DNA of 64,000 nucleotides from Patescibacteria group bacterium (GTDB lineage Bacteria > Patescibacteriota > Minisyncoccia > Phycocordibacterales > Phycocordibacteraceae). Made by a program: the position numbers and the translations under genes. Positions 10,038 through 19,752 of this stretch are shown piece after piece. Within the stretch, counting starts at the first letter, position 1; each line of letters starts with the position of its first letter. The notes below the pieces were generated by a model that was not told where the DNA came from, made no database searches, and saw only the letters and a list, made by a program, of their open reading frames with translations. Location of the stretch: positions 42,793 to 106,792 of the forward strand of contig JAGWVF010000003.1 of assembly GCA_018971045.1 (NCBI GenBank), written 5' to 3'.

Positions 10038-10743
10038 GGAACATAACATTCAGAAAAAGGTGCTCGATAAAATCCGCGCCGGAAGCGTGGGGATGCGTTC
10101 GCATGCCTATTTTGTCGCGCGCGCGTCACTCATTGGCATTACGGCGGGACTCGTCCTTATCTTCTCGCTCTTTGTGTTAAGTTATGTCTTTTTCAGTATC
10201 CGCGAGAGCGGCACCCATCTCCTTCTCACGTTTGGCGCGCACGGCGTCGCCACGTTCGCCGCGCTTTTCCCGTGGGCTTTTTTCATACTATGTCTTCTTC
10301 TGCTCTTTTTCTTGGGTGAAATGATCCGCCGCCATACATCCGCGTATCGACTCTCGCTCATCCGCCTGTTTGGCGGGATTCTCAGCGGCTCTATCGCTCT
10401 CAGCGCGCTTATCATGCTAACGCCGCTTCACTCTTCGTTTCTCTCGGCGGCGGATCACGATCGTCTGCCCTTCTTGAAATCATGGTATGACCAGATACAC
10501 AGGTCTCACACCGACCGCGGCATCTATCGAGGAACCGTCGTGACGGTCGCCACTTCGAGCTTCACCATTGCGCATAACGAGACCGACCCCGACTCCGACG
10601 AAGGCACCTGGACGGTTGAGCCGCCGACCAATTTCAATATCCGCGCGCTTGCCGTCGGAGAAAAGGTATACGTGGCTGGTACGGCCGCCGCCGGCACCAT
10701 ACGCGCGTTCGGCATCCGCGTGGTACCGCCGCGGCTCAAGTGA
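10030..10743 (+). CDS. putative membrane anti-sigma factor (hypothetical membrane protein co-transcribed with ECF sigma)
   Basis: 8-bp overlap with sigma gene; short cytoplasmic N-terminus then 3-4 TM helices and an extracytoplasmic C-domain; no recognisable family. Confidence 0.4.
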   Translation: MSEEHNIQKKVLDKIRAGSVGMRSHAYFVARASLIGITAGLVLIFSLFVLSYVFFSIRESGTHLLLTFGAHGVATFAALFPWAFFILCLLLLFFLGEMIRRHTSAYRLSLIRLFGGILSGSIALSALIMLTPLHSSFLSAADHDRLPFLKSWYDQIHRSHTDRGIYRGTVVTVATSSFTIAHNETDPDSDEGTWTVEPPTNFNIRALAVGEKVYVAGTAAAGTIRAFGIRVVPPRLK

Positions 10744-10797
10744 AAGAGAGGCCGCATCGATCGTGTATCTAGACTGTACTCTTAAAGCGATTCCTCT

Positions 10798-11319
10798 ATG
10801 CCTATCGGTAAAAAACTCATGCTCTCTGCCGGACTGATTGTTGTATCCGCGGCCTATGCGGTCTATCTGCGAGTGGTCAGTCCCGCATCTTCTGCCGCCG
10901 CGGTGCTACCCTCGGTAGCGAATCAGTCCGGAGTGGTTCAAATCGAACCGGCGCCCGCGCCCGCGCAACCGACGGCGGCAGAACCGGCTCCGACACCCGT
11001 ATCGGCGGCGGCGCCCGTCAAAAAAGCGGCCGGACAATACGCCGACGGTTCCTACACCGGAGGCGCCGTTGACGCCTATTACGGCATCGTCCAAGTAAAG
11101 GCGATCGTATCGGGCGGGAAGCTCACGGATATCCAGTTCCTCCAGTATCCGAATGATCGCGACCACACGCGCGAACTCAGCTTCTACGCGATGCCGCTCC
11201 TGAAGCAGGAAGCGATTTCGGCCCAGAATGCTCAGGTTGACAGCATCTCGGGAGCGACCGCCACGAGTGAAGGATTTTCTCAATCGCTCTCATCCGCGCT
11301 CGCTCGGGCGAAAAATTAA
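10798..11319 (+). CDS. extracytoplasmic FMN-binding domain protein (NqrC/RnfG-like) with flavinylation motif
   Basis: N-terminal membrane anchor, Ala/Pro-rich linker, C-terminal FMN_bind-type block ending DSISGATATSEGFSQSL (D-x-x-S-G-A-T is the ApbE flavinylation consensus). Confidence 0.65.
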   Translation: MPIGKKLMLSAGLIVVSAAYAVYLRVVSPASSAAAVLPSVANQSGVVQIEPAPAPAQPTAAEPAPTPVSAAAPVKKAAGQYADGSYTGGAVDAYYGIVQVKAIVSGGKLTDIQFLQYPNDRDHTRELSFYAMPLLKQEAISAQNAQVDSISGATATSEGFSQSLSSALARAKN

Positions 11320-12831
11320 ATGAACTTCATCGACTCATTCCTCAACAAAATAACGATGTACCGCCTCGTTCTGTATTACCTCGCGGCAATACTCGGCATA
11401 GCGGCGATCTTAAGCCTCTTCGGGATTCTCTCCGTCAATCCCGCCGATCTCGCTTTCTCGGCGTTTATCATTCTTGGCGCTTGCTGGAGCAGCAATTGGC
11501 TTTTCGCGAAGACGTTCGACGCGACCGCAAACGTTGAATCATTCTTCATCACCGCGCTCATTTTAACGCTTCTTATCTCACCGGTCGCGCCGACCGATCC
11601 GGCCGGCATCGGCTTCCTCATCTTCGCTTCCGTGTGGGCAATGGCGTCGAAATATATCCTCGCTCTCGGGAAAAAGCACGTCTTCAATCCCGCGGCATTC
11701 GGCGTCGCGCTCTCGGCGCTCGCAATCGGCCGGTCGGCGAGCTGGTGGGGCGCGAGTAACGCGGCGCTTCTTCCGATCATCCTTATTGGCGGACTGCTCG
11801 TCGTGCGCAAGATCCGCCGATTCGATCTCGCGCTTTCTTTCGCGATCGTCTCTTTCCTCACGATCGCCCTCACGGCGACCGGTAACGGCTTTACCGCGAT
11901 TGTGCAGACTGTCCTGCATTCTCCCTTTTTCTTTTTTGGACTCGTGATGCTCACCGAGCCGCTCACGATGCCGCCGAGCCGGCTCTTGCGCTTCTGTTAC
12001 GGCGCTCTGGTCGGCTTCCTCTTCGCGCCGAACATCCATATTGGAACGCTCTACTTTACTCCCGAGCTTGCACTCCTTATCGGCAACATCTTCGTCTATG
12101 CGGTAAGTCCCAAAGGCCGGTATCAGATGGCGCTCGTGGCGAGAAATGAGTTGGCCGCCGGTACGTATGAATTCGTATTCGCTCCGGATCGCCTCTTTCA
12201 TTTCCGTCCTGGACAATATCTCGAATGGACGCTCGGCCACAATAATCCCGACAGCCGCGGCAATCGCCGCTTCTTCACGATCGCTTCGTCGCCGACTGAA
12301 GCAGACGTTCGGCTGGGCGTGAAGTTTTACGGATCGAAAAGCAGCTTTAAGCGCGCGCTCGCGACCATGAAGGCGGCCGAGACGATTTCAGTCTGCCACC
12401 TCTCCGGAGACTTCGTACTGCCGAACGATAAAACAAAGAAACTCGTCTTTATCGCAGGCGGCATCGGCGTCACTCCTTTTCGCAGCATGGTACAATACCT
12501 GATCGATACGAAAGATACGCGCGCCGTCACCCTTCTCTACTCGAATGCTACCGCATCAGAAATTGCGTATAAGGAAGTGTTCGATCGCGCGGCGCGCGAG
12601 ATCGGCATGAAAACGCTGTACGTTCTCACCAACGAGCCGGCTTCCGTTCCTGGCGCCTACCATGGATTCATCGACGGCAAGGTCATTCGTCAGGCTGTTC
12701 CGGAGTACGAAGACTGCACGTTCTTTATCTCCGGCCCGCACGGCATGGTCGAAGCGTTTAAAAAGATATTGACGGACATGGGCGTCTCGCGCTTCAAGAT
12801 CAAGACCGATTATTTCCCGGGTTTCGCATAA
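11320..12831 (+). CDS. fusion protein: RnfD/NqrB-like polytopic membrane domain + FNR-like FAD/NAD(P)H oxidoreductase domain
   Basis: Residues ~60-280: LLISPVAPTD...KKHVFNPAAFGVALSAL and LTEPLT blocks parallel RnfD/NqrB (PPLAP...NPFNPAM...LTDPVT). C-terminal 220 aa: RRFFTIASSP (RxFS FAD motif) and KLVFIAGGIGVTPF (NAD(P)H motif). Starts 1 nt after upstream stop. Confidence 0.6.
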   Translation: MNFIDSFLNKITMYRLVLYYLAAILGIAAILSLFGILSVNPADLAFSAFIILGACWSSNWLFAKTFDATANVESFFITALILTLLISPVAPTDPAGIGFLIFASVWAMASKYILALGKKHVFNPAAFGVALSALAIGRSASWWGASNAALLPIILIGGLLVVRKIRRFDLALSFAIVSFLTIALTATGNGFTAIVQTVLHSPFFFFGLVMLTEPLTMPPSRLLRFCYGALVGFLFAPNIHIGTLYFTPELALLIGNIFVYAVSPKGRYQMALVARNELAAGTYEFVFAPDRLFHFRPGQYLEWTLGHNNPDSRGNRRFFTIASSPTEADVRLGVKFYGSKSSFKRALATMKAAETISVCHLSGDFVLPNDKTKKLVFIAGGIGVTPFRSMVQYLIDTKDTRAVTLLYSNATASEIAYKEVFDRAAREIGMKTLYVLTNEPASVPGAYHGFIDGKVIRQAVPEYEDCTFFISGPHGMVEAFKKILTDMGVSRFKIKTDYFPGFA

Positions 12832-12841
12832 TTCCTACCTT

Positions 12842-14683
12842 ATGAATGCCATCCTCACTCATATAACCGACACCGCAAAAATGATACCGACATGGTTCAT
12901 ATCACTGAAGAAAAAGATCGCGGCCCACAAAGTGATTTCTACCGTCATTATTCTTGTACTGCTCTACGCACTTTATTTTCTTTATGGCGTAATGACCGCG
13001 CCGTCAACCGCTATCCGCTACGTGACCGCTACGGTCGCCACGGGCACCGTCGTCGCGACAATAAGTGAAACCGGCCAAGTCTCGGCAAGCTCAAACGTAA
13101 GTATCCAGTCCCAGTCCTCCGGCGAAGTACTCTCGATCCCGGTGAGCGCCGGACAGCATGTCGTCGCCGGCGCGGCGCTCGCCTCTATCGATCCGACAAG
13201 CGCGCGACAAAACGTTACGAGTGCGCAGCAGGCGCTTCAGTCGGCACGGCTATCTCTCGCTAAACTCCAGGAGCCCGCCACTGCGGTGTCGTTAACTTCG
13301 GCACAAAATGCCGTCGCATCTGCACAGGCAAATCTCGTGCAGATACACCAAGCCGGCTACAACGATGTTTCTACTGCGTTTCTTGCACTTCCGGGAGTAA
13401 TTACGAATCTCGACGCGATCTTGCATGGGTTTGTTGTCCCCGGCCGCACGAGTGAACAAAACGAGTATGCCTATAACGATATGGTGATTCCCTACGATAG
13501 TAGCGTCATCCAGTACCAACAGACGGCCGAGAACGCCTATCAGACTGCCTATTCGGCGTATGCGCAAACGCTTGCTGATTTTAAATCAACACCGCGCACC
13601 GCGAGCGACTCCACGATCGAGGCGCTGATCGCCGAATCATATAAGACTGCCGCGAGTATTTCTGATGCGCTCAAAGCGGCCTCGAATTTCCTTAACTTCG
13701 TCAACTCGACGCTCACGAACCGCAACCTCTCGGTTCCTACCATCCTTACGACGCACCTCTCCACCCTTACCGCCTACACGACATCGACGAACGCGAGTGT
13801 CGCGGCGCTGTCGGCAGATACAGCAAACGTAACCAGTAATGAGCGCGCTCTTGCCGCCGCTCAAGCGGCGCTCACACAGGTAGAGGCTGGCGCTGATCCG
13901 CTCGACATTCAAGCGAGCCAGCTCTCGATCCAGATGAAGCAAGATGCCCTTATCCAGGCCGAACAGGCGCTCGCGAATACGGTCGTTCGGGCGCCGTTTA
14001 GCGGCACCCTCGCCAAACTCGCGGTGCAACAGTACCAGACTATCAGCAATGGAACGGCGGTTGCGACGATGGTAAGCGATAATCAGAGCGTTGCGCTTTC
14101 GGTTAATGAAGTCGATGCGGCGAAGCTTGCGGTTGGCCAGAAAGCGACTCTTACGTTTGACGCGCTTCCAAACATCTCCATTGCCGGAACAGTTTCGTCC
14201 GTCGATACTATTGGCACCGTCTCCTCGGGAGTCGTATCGTACAATGCAGTCGTCACCTTCGACACGCCAAACCAAGCCGTAAAGCCTGGTATGAGCGCGG
14301 CCGCGAGCATCATCACCGGTACCGAGACGGGTCTTCTCGTACCCCAAAGCGCGGTAAAAACCTCAAACGGCCAGAGTTACGTGCAGATCTTCTCGCCTCC
14401 GCTCGCCAATAGCTCGGGAACCACTGGCGCCACTTCATCGACTGCGCCGATACGCGCCTTCGTGACCACCGGTCTTTCGGACAACACGAATATCATCGTT
14501 GAAAGCGGGCTTCTTGACGGCGCACAAGTCGTTATCAAAACAATCGCCGGTTCATCGGCAACAGCCATGTCAAGCGCGGCGCAAAGCACCTCGATCTTCG
14601 GTATCGGCGGCAGCCGGATAGGAGGCGTCCCGGGCTCCACAATCCGTACGACCGGAAATACGGGGAATCGCGCCTCGCCATGA
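12842..14683 (+). CDS. HlyD/MacA-family periplasmic adaptor (membrane fusion protein) with long S/T/G-rich C-terminal tail
   Basis: 613 aa; N-terminal TM, biotin-lipoyl-like and coiled-coil segments, beta-barrel region (KATLTFDALP...), low-complexity tail; 4-bp overlap with downstream ABC ATPase. Confidence 0.6.
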   Translation: MNAILTHITDTAKMIPTWFISLKKKIAAHKVISTVIILVLLYALYFLYGVMTAPSTAIRYVTATVATGTVVATISETGQVSASSNVSIQSQSSGEVLSIPVSAGQHVVAGAALASIDPTSARQNVTSAQQALQSARLSLAKLQEPATAVSLTSAQNAVASAQANLVQIHQAGYNDVSTAFLALPGVITNLDAILHGFVVPGRTSEQNEYAYNDMVIPYDSSVIQYQQTAENAYQTAYSAYAQTLADFKSTPRTASDSTIEALIAESYKTAASISDALKAASNFLNFVNSTLTNRNLSVPTILTTHLSTLTAYTTSTNASVAALSADTANVTSNERALAAAQAALTQVEAGADPLDIQASQLSIQMKQDALIQAEQALANTVVRAPFSGTLAKLAVQQYQTISNGTAVATMVSDNQSVALSVNEVDAAKLAVGQKATLTFDALPNISIAGTVSSVDTIGTVSSGVVSYNAVVTFDTPNQAVKPGMSAAASIITGTETGLLVPQSAVKTSNGQSYVQIFSPPLANSSGTTGATSSTAPIRAFVTTGLSDNTNIIVESGLLDGAQVVIKTIAGSSATAMSSAAQSTSIFGIGGSRIGGVPGSTIRTTGNTGNRASP

Positions 14684-15420
14684 TCGAGTTTCAGAACATA
14701 TCGAAGATCTACAACCCGGGGACTCCTGAAGCATACACTGCTCTCCATAACATCAGCTTCGCCGTCAAAGACGAAGAATTCGTCGCCATCATGGGACCGT
14801 CGGGAAGCGGCAAGTCAACCTTGATGCATATTCTCGGGTGTCTTGATACGCCGACATCGGGTACGTATACACTCGATAACAAGGATGTCTCAACGATGAC
14901 CGACAACGAACTTGCCGAGATACGCAAGGATAAAATCGGTTTTGTCTTTCAGTCGTTTAATCTCCTTCCTCGAACGACTGTCCTCCGTAATGCGATGCTG
15001 CCGCTTGTCTACGCGGGCATCGCACCGCGGGAACGCGAAGCGCGTGCGATCGATGCGCTCCATGCGTCCGGCTTGACCGAAGAACACTTCTCGCATCTCT
15101 CGAATCAGCTCTCGGGCGGCGAGCGCCAGCGCGTCGCGATCGCGCGCGCGCTCGTGAACGAGCCGACTCTTATTCTCGCTGATGAGCCGACCGGCAATCT
15201 CGACTCGCACACGAGCCTGCTCGTCCTCGAGACGCTGCAACGGCTCAACCGTGAACATGGCGTCACTATCGTTCTCATTACGCATGAATCGGACATCGCT
15301 GGCCATGCGGCGCGCATTATCCGCGTTCGCGACGGAATCATTCTATCCGATGAAAAAAATGAGACGGTGCGCGATGCGGCTACTGAGACTAGACTCTATG
15401 ATGATCTCAAACGCTTATGA
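14680..15420 (+). CDS. ABC transporter ATP-binding protein, MacB/LolD family
   Basis: Walker A GPSGSGKST, signature LSGGERQRVAIARAL, Walker B ILADEPTGNLD. Confidence 0.9.
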   Translation: MIEFQNISKIYNPGTPEAYTALHNISFAVKDEEFVAIMGPSGSGKSTLMHILGCLDTPTSGTYTLDNKDVSTMTDNELAEIRKDKIGFVFQSFNLLPRTTVLRNAMLPLVYAGIAPREREARAIDALHASGLTEEHFSHLSNQLSGGERQRVAIARALVNEPTLILADEPTGNLDSHTSLLVLETLQRLNREHGVTIVLITHESDIAGHAARIIRVRDGIILSDEKNETVRDAATETRLYDDLKRL

Positions 15421-16652
15421 GAAACCGGGACCTTATTGACGAGACCTATTTTGCCTTGTCAGCGAACAAGGTGCGTTCTGGATTAACCGTCCTTGGTATC
15501 GTGATCGGCATCGCGTCGGTCATCGCGCTCACGGCGATTGGCCAAGGTGCGCAAACCTCGATTCAGACATCGATTCAATCAATCGGTTCCAATCTCATTG
15601 AAGTACTGCCGGGTGCCGCACGGCAATTCGGCTTTGGCGCCTCCGGCGGGCGTGGTACGGCCCGCTCGCTCACGGTCGATGATGAGAACGCGATTCTACA
15701 GGTTGCGAACGTCGCAGCCGTCTCCGGTGAGTTTACCAACCGGTACCAAATCGCCGCCGCGGGCGCGAATACCAATACGATGGTCACTGGCGTCAACGCT
15801 TCCTACGCTGCGATACGGAACCTTACCATTGATCAGGGGTCGTTCATCACGGACAATCAATCCTTATCGCTTGCCAAGGTTGCGGTTATCGGTCCGACGG
15901 TGGTTACGGATCTCTTCGGCGCAAGTGCGGTTTCAAGCGACGCCATCGGCCAGAATATCCGCATCAACAATATTCAATTCCAAATTATCGGCGTGACGAA
16001 AACCAAAGGCGGTTCGAGTTTTGGCAGCCAGGACACGATGGTGTTTATCCCGCTTGGCACCGCGCTCCAGTACTTTGCTGGTAATGGAAACGCTTACCTC
16101 TCGACCATCGATATCCAGGCGACCGATCAAAGCGCGATGACGCAAGTACAGAATGACGTCACCGCGCTCTTGCTTGCTCGCCACAACATGAGCGATCCAA
16201 CCAAAGCTGATTTCAGTATCCTTAATCAAACGGACTTGGTGACCGCCGCGTCAAGCGTCACTTCCACCCTCACGATGCTTCTCGCGGCGATCGCTGGGAT
16301 TTCGCTTATCGTCGGCGGCATCGGAATCATGAACATGATGCTCACGAACGTCACCGAGCGCATGCGCGAGATCGGGCTGCGGAAGGCGATCGGCGCAACC
16401 GAAAAGGACATTAATAATCAATTTCTCGTAGAAGCGATCGCGCTCACCTTTTTGGGCGGTATCTTCGGCATTGCGCTTGGCTGGGGAATATCCTTCGTCG
16501 TTACGCTCTCCGGACTCCTTACCGCACAGGTTACGCTTTCATCGATCCTTCTCGCCTCCGGCGTCTCTGCGGCGATCGGAATCGTTTTCGGCTGGTATCC
16601 CGCTCGCCAAGCGTCGAAACTCAATCCGATCGATGCCCTGCGCTACGAATAG
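15417..16652 (+). CDS. ABC transporter permease, FtsX/MacB family
   Basis: 411 aa; N-terminal TM, large periplasmic MacB_PCD-like domain, C-terminal FtsX 3-TM bundle (GIGIMNMMLTNVTERMREIGLRKAIGA). Confidence 0.85.
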   Translation: MRNRDLIDETYFALSANKVRSGLTVLGIVIGIASVIALTAIGQGAQTSIQTSIQSIGSNLIEVLPGAARQFGFGASGGRGTARSLTVDDENAILQVANVAAVSGEFTNRYQIAAAGANTNTMVTGVNASYAAIRNLTIDQGSFITDNQSLSLAKVAVIGPTVVTDLFGASAVSSDAIGQNIRINNIQFQIIGVTKTKGGSSFGSQDTMVFIPLGTALQYFAGNGNAYLSTIDIQATDQSAMTQVQNDVTALLLARHNMSDPTKADFSILNQTDLVTAASSVTSTLTMLLAAIAGISLIVGGIGIMNMMLTNVTERMREIGLRKAIGATEKDINNQFLVEAIALTFLGGIFGIALGWGISFVVTLSGLLTAQVTLSSILLASGVSAAIGIVFGWYPARQASKLNPIDALRYE

Positions 16653-16723
16653 CATAGATTGAGAAGTGAATGAAAAAGTGTACCGCGGTGTACTAGAGAT
16701 ATAATCAACAAATAAATAAATGT

Positions 16724-17128
16724 ATGAATAAAAAGAATAGCATTTTAGTCGCCATCGCTTTGGTCGTCGGTTTTGGCGCGGGCTACGCTCTCCATACCGT
16801 GCCAGTAGCGCCGACGGAGCCAACCGCGACAAGAATGGGCGGCGGCACATACAATGGTATGCGCGGAGGTATGAACGGCGGCGGATTCCTTTCAGGAACC
16901 GTAGCCGCTAAGGACTCGGGAAGCATCACTCTCGATACTCGTGACGGTAGTTCGCATATCATCATTCTTACGCCCGCGACTGTCGTCTCAAAGAGCGTCA
17001 GCGGCGCGCTTACCGATGTCACCGTCGGCTCAACGGCGATGGTATCGGGTACGACCAATAGCGACGGAAGCGTTTCCGCAAATATCATTCAACTACGTCC
17101 GACTTTTCAGCCATCCACAGCGCCTTAA
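16724..17128 (+). CDS. secreted/anchored Gly-rich hypothetical protein (DUF5666-like beta domain)
   Basis: Signal/anchor MNKKNSILVAIALVVGFGAGYA, Gly-rich linker, Thr/Ser/Val-rich beta-strand region. Confidence 0.4.
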   Translation: MNKKNSILVAIALVVGFGAGYALHTVPVAPTEPTATRMGGGTYNGMRGGMNGGGFLSGTVAAKDSGSITLDTRDGSSHIIILTPATVVSKSVSGALTDVTVGSTAMVSGTTNSDGSVSANIIQLRPTFQPSTAP

Positions 17129-17145
17129 CGACGGTTCCGTCGATT

Positions 17146-17598
17146 CTATTCAGCCGCCTTCTCTTTCAGGCGTTCGAGCGTCTTCGTAAAGACCGCGAGC
17201 TCGCGCGGCGACAGTACGGAAAAGAGCGCGCCGAGCAGTCCGATGCCCCGCGTGATGGCCTTGGCGAGCTCCGCCTTCCCCTTGAAGGTCAGGCGCAGGC
17301 GCAACATGCGCCGATCTTCGCGATCCGGCACATAGGAAACGAGCCCGTTTTTTACGAGTCCGCGTATAAGCGCGGTCGCCGATGGAGCCGAGATAGATAA
17401 GTAGTCGGCAATGTCTTTCATCTTCGGTTCAGGATGGTCGGAGATAAACTTGAGCGTCTCGATGCGCGGCCATGTCGCGGGATCAAGATGCGTGTCGCGC
17501 GCGAGTGTCGTACGCATGATGCGCCTGACCGCGAAGAACAGTGATATCGCATAGGCGACATCGTGAGACGAGTGGCGTCGTGTAAGCGTGCGCGGCAT
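17146..17598 (-). CDS. MarR-family transcriptional regulator
   Basis: 150 aa; winged-helix block DIADYLSISAPSATALIRGLVKNGLVSYVPDREDRRMLRLRLT. Confidence 0.75.
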   Translation of the reverse strand: MPRTLTRRHSSHDVAYAISLFFAVRRIMRTTLARDTHLDPATWPRIETLKFISDHPEPKMKDIADYLSISAPSATALIRGLVKNGLVSYVPDREDRRMLRLRLTFKGKAELAKAITRGIGLLGALFSVLSPRELAVFTKTLERLKEKAAE

Positions 17599-17610
17599 GG
17601 ATATATGGTA

Positions 17611-19134
17611 TCAGCCCGCGGCCGCTTCGGCGCGCGCTTCCGCCGATAGTTCCGCGTCGCCCGCATTCGTTCTGAGGAACACGAGCGCGACAATCGCGCC
17701 GATCAGCATCGCCAGCGCGGCGTATCCGAAAACGGATCCGTAGGCCAAGAGATCCGCTTTCAAGATGATGAGCTGAGCCGCTTCGGCAAGGATGGTCGGC
17801 GTTGAACCGATGATGTGGGAATTTTGCGCGACTCTCAGCACATCGGCATTGGTCGCATTCGCGAGCAGTGTCCCGAAAATCGCGATACCGAAAGCGCCGC
17901 CGATATTGCGCGTCAGATTCAGGAGCCCCGAGGACATGCCGACTTCGCTAATCGGCACGGCCGTAGTCGCCGCAGTCGTAAGCGGCGCCATTCCAAGCCC
18001 GAGTCCGGCGCCGAAAAGAACGAGGGGGAGAACGAAATTCCACGAGGTCATGGCGGGATCGAGATGCATCATGCGGTACAACCCGAACGCGGAAAGCGCC
18101 ATACCGAAGGCGACCGTATAGCGCGGATTGATCGACGCCGCGAGCCGACCGCCGAGCGGCGCGAAGAGCGGCAAGGCGAGCGCCATCGGAACAAAGAGGA
18201 GTCCGCTCTCGGTCGCCGAATAGTGCAAGAACGTCTGGGTGAATACAGGCAAGAGGAACATCGCGCCCATCATGCCTCCGAAGGAAATAAACGAGACCGC
18301 GAGTACCGACACGATGATCGGATTGCTGAAGAATTTGAAGTCGATAATCGGATGCGCATGTCGCGTCTCGAACCGATATACTAAGAACCCGAATACTGCC
18401 GTGCCTGCATAACAGAGCAGGCTCGCATTCGAGAGCCACCCCCACTCTTGGCCGCGGTCAACCACAAGCACGAGGCTCGAGATCGCGCCGGAGAGGAGCA
18501 GTGCGCCCAGCCAATCGAAAGCGCCGCGCTCGCCCGGACGGTCGTGCGGAAGAAAGAGGAGCGTCATAAGGAGACCCATGATGCCGATCGGCAAATTGAT
18601 GAAGAAGACCCAGCGCCATACGTAGTTATCAACAAGGTATCCGCCGAGCAACGGTCCGATGACCGCCGAAACGGCGAACGAGGACGACCAGATGCCGAGC
18701 GCCTGCGCGCGCGCTTTTTGATCGGTAAATGATTTCGCGATGAGAGACATCGCCGTTGGATATATCGCCGCTCCGACGAGCCCCTGCAACACGCGGAAGA
18801 AAACCATCGAGCTGAAATCCCACGCGAATCCCGCGAACATCGACACGATAATGAAGCCGGCAAAACTCCAGAGATAAATGACGCGATTGCCGAACAAGTC
18901 GCCCAGCTTGCCGAATACCGGCACGAAGATCGCGTTGCTGATGATGTAGGCCGTCGCAATCCACGCGGCCGTCGACACCGTGATGCCGAAATCGCTGATC
19001 ATCTTGGGCATCGCGAGATTCACCACGGTGCGATCGAGGCCGATGAGCAACGTGCCGACCATCACGGTCGAGAGCACGAGCCACGGATGTCCCGTGAGCC
19101 GGTGCGCCGATGACTGCTCAAGCGTCCGTTCCAT
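17611..19134 (-). CDS. MFS transporter, DHA2 (14-TMS EmrB/QacA-like) drug:H+ antiporter
   Basis: 507 aa, ~14 TM helices, MFS motif A GxLxDxxGxR (GKLGDLFGNRV). Confidence 0.85.
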   Translation of the reverse strand: MERTLEQSSAHRLTGHPWLVLSTVMVGTLLIGLDRTVVNLAMPKMISDFGITVSTAAWIATAYIISNAIFVPVFGKLGDLFGNRVIYLWSFAGFIIVSMFAGFAWDFSSMVFFRVLQGLVGAAIYPTAMSLIAKSFTDQKARAQALGIWSSSFAVSAVIGPLLGGYLVDNYVWRWVFFINLPIGIMGLLMTLLFLPHDRPGERGAFDWLGALLLSGAISSLVLVVDRGQEWGWLSNASLLCYAGTAVFGFLVYRFETRHAHPIIDFKFFSNPIIVSVLAVSFISFGGMMGAMFLLPVFTQTFLHYSATESGLLFVPMALALPLFAPLGGRLAASINPRYTVAFGMALSAFGLYRMMHLDPAMTSWNFVLPLVLFGAGLGLGMAPLTTAATTAVPISEVGMSSGLLNLTRNIGGAFGIAIFGTLLANATNADVLRVAQNSHIIGSTPTILAEAAQLIILKADLLAYGSVFGYAALAMLIGAIVALVFLRTNAGDAELSAEARAEAAAG

Positions 19135-19136
19135 CG

Positions 19137-19751
19137 TTATTTCGTATAAATCTGCATGCGCGCCGACATTCCGTTTCTGAGCTCTTGAAAGGCGTTCGTG
19201 TCGAAACGCGCTTTGATATCGAACTGCTGTATCTGGCGCTGATCTGAAATATTAAACACGATACCCGATTGATTCGAGGTTGGCGCGATCTCGTCGATGA
19301 TGCCGGTAAACTGCCGCGATCCGAAAGCGTCAACGGTAAATGTAACCGGATCGCCGACGCGTATCTCGGCGAACCCCTTCGTCTCGTCGATGCGTCCTAC
19401 GACGCGCAGATCCGTTGGGTCGATCATCGTGACTACCGGCACGCTCGAGGTTATCTGCGATCCGATCGCGCCGTTAATGGAAACGATAAGGCCGGCGACC
19501 TTGCTCGTGAGAGTCTGCGTCCCTACTTCAGCGAGCGGCTGATTCGCGGTAACGGTATCTCCCGGCTGCACATACACGGCATCGAGCCGTCCCGATGCCG
19601 CAGGTGTGAGCGCGATAAGCGGGGCTTGGATGCTCGCCGTGTCAACCGACACGCGGCCATTCGTCGCGATACCATACGCGGCAGTGAGGCCGGCCGCTAT
19701 GATGAGCAGAGCCGCTCCTCCGACATAGAGCTGTTTCGTGTGATTTTTCAT
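19137..19751 (-). CDS. short HlyD-family membrane fusion protein
   Basis: 204 aa; N-terminal TM, lipoyl-like hairpin (VQPGDTVTANQPLAEV) and beta-barrel segment; no coiled coil. Confidence 0.5.
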   Translation of the reverse strand: MKNHTKQLYVGGAALLIIAAGLTAAYGIATNGRVSVDTASIQAPLIALTPAASGRLDAVYVQPGDTVTANQPLAEVGTQTLTSKVAGLIVSINGAIGSQITSSVPVVTMIDPTDLRVVGRIDETKGFAEIRVGDPVTFTVDAFGSRQFTGIIDEIAPTSNQSGIVFNISDQRQIQQFDIKARFDTNAFQELRNGMSARMQIYTK

Positions 19752-19752
19752 A

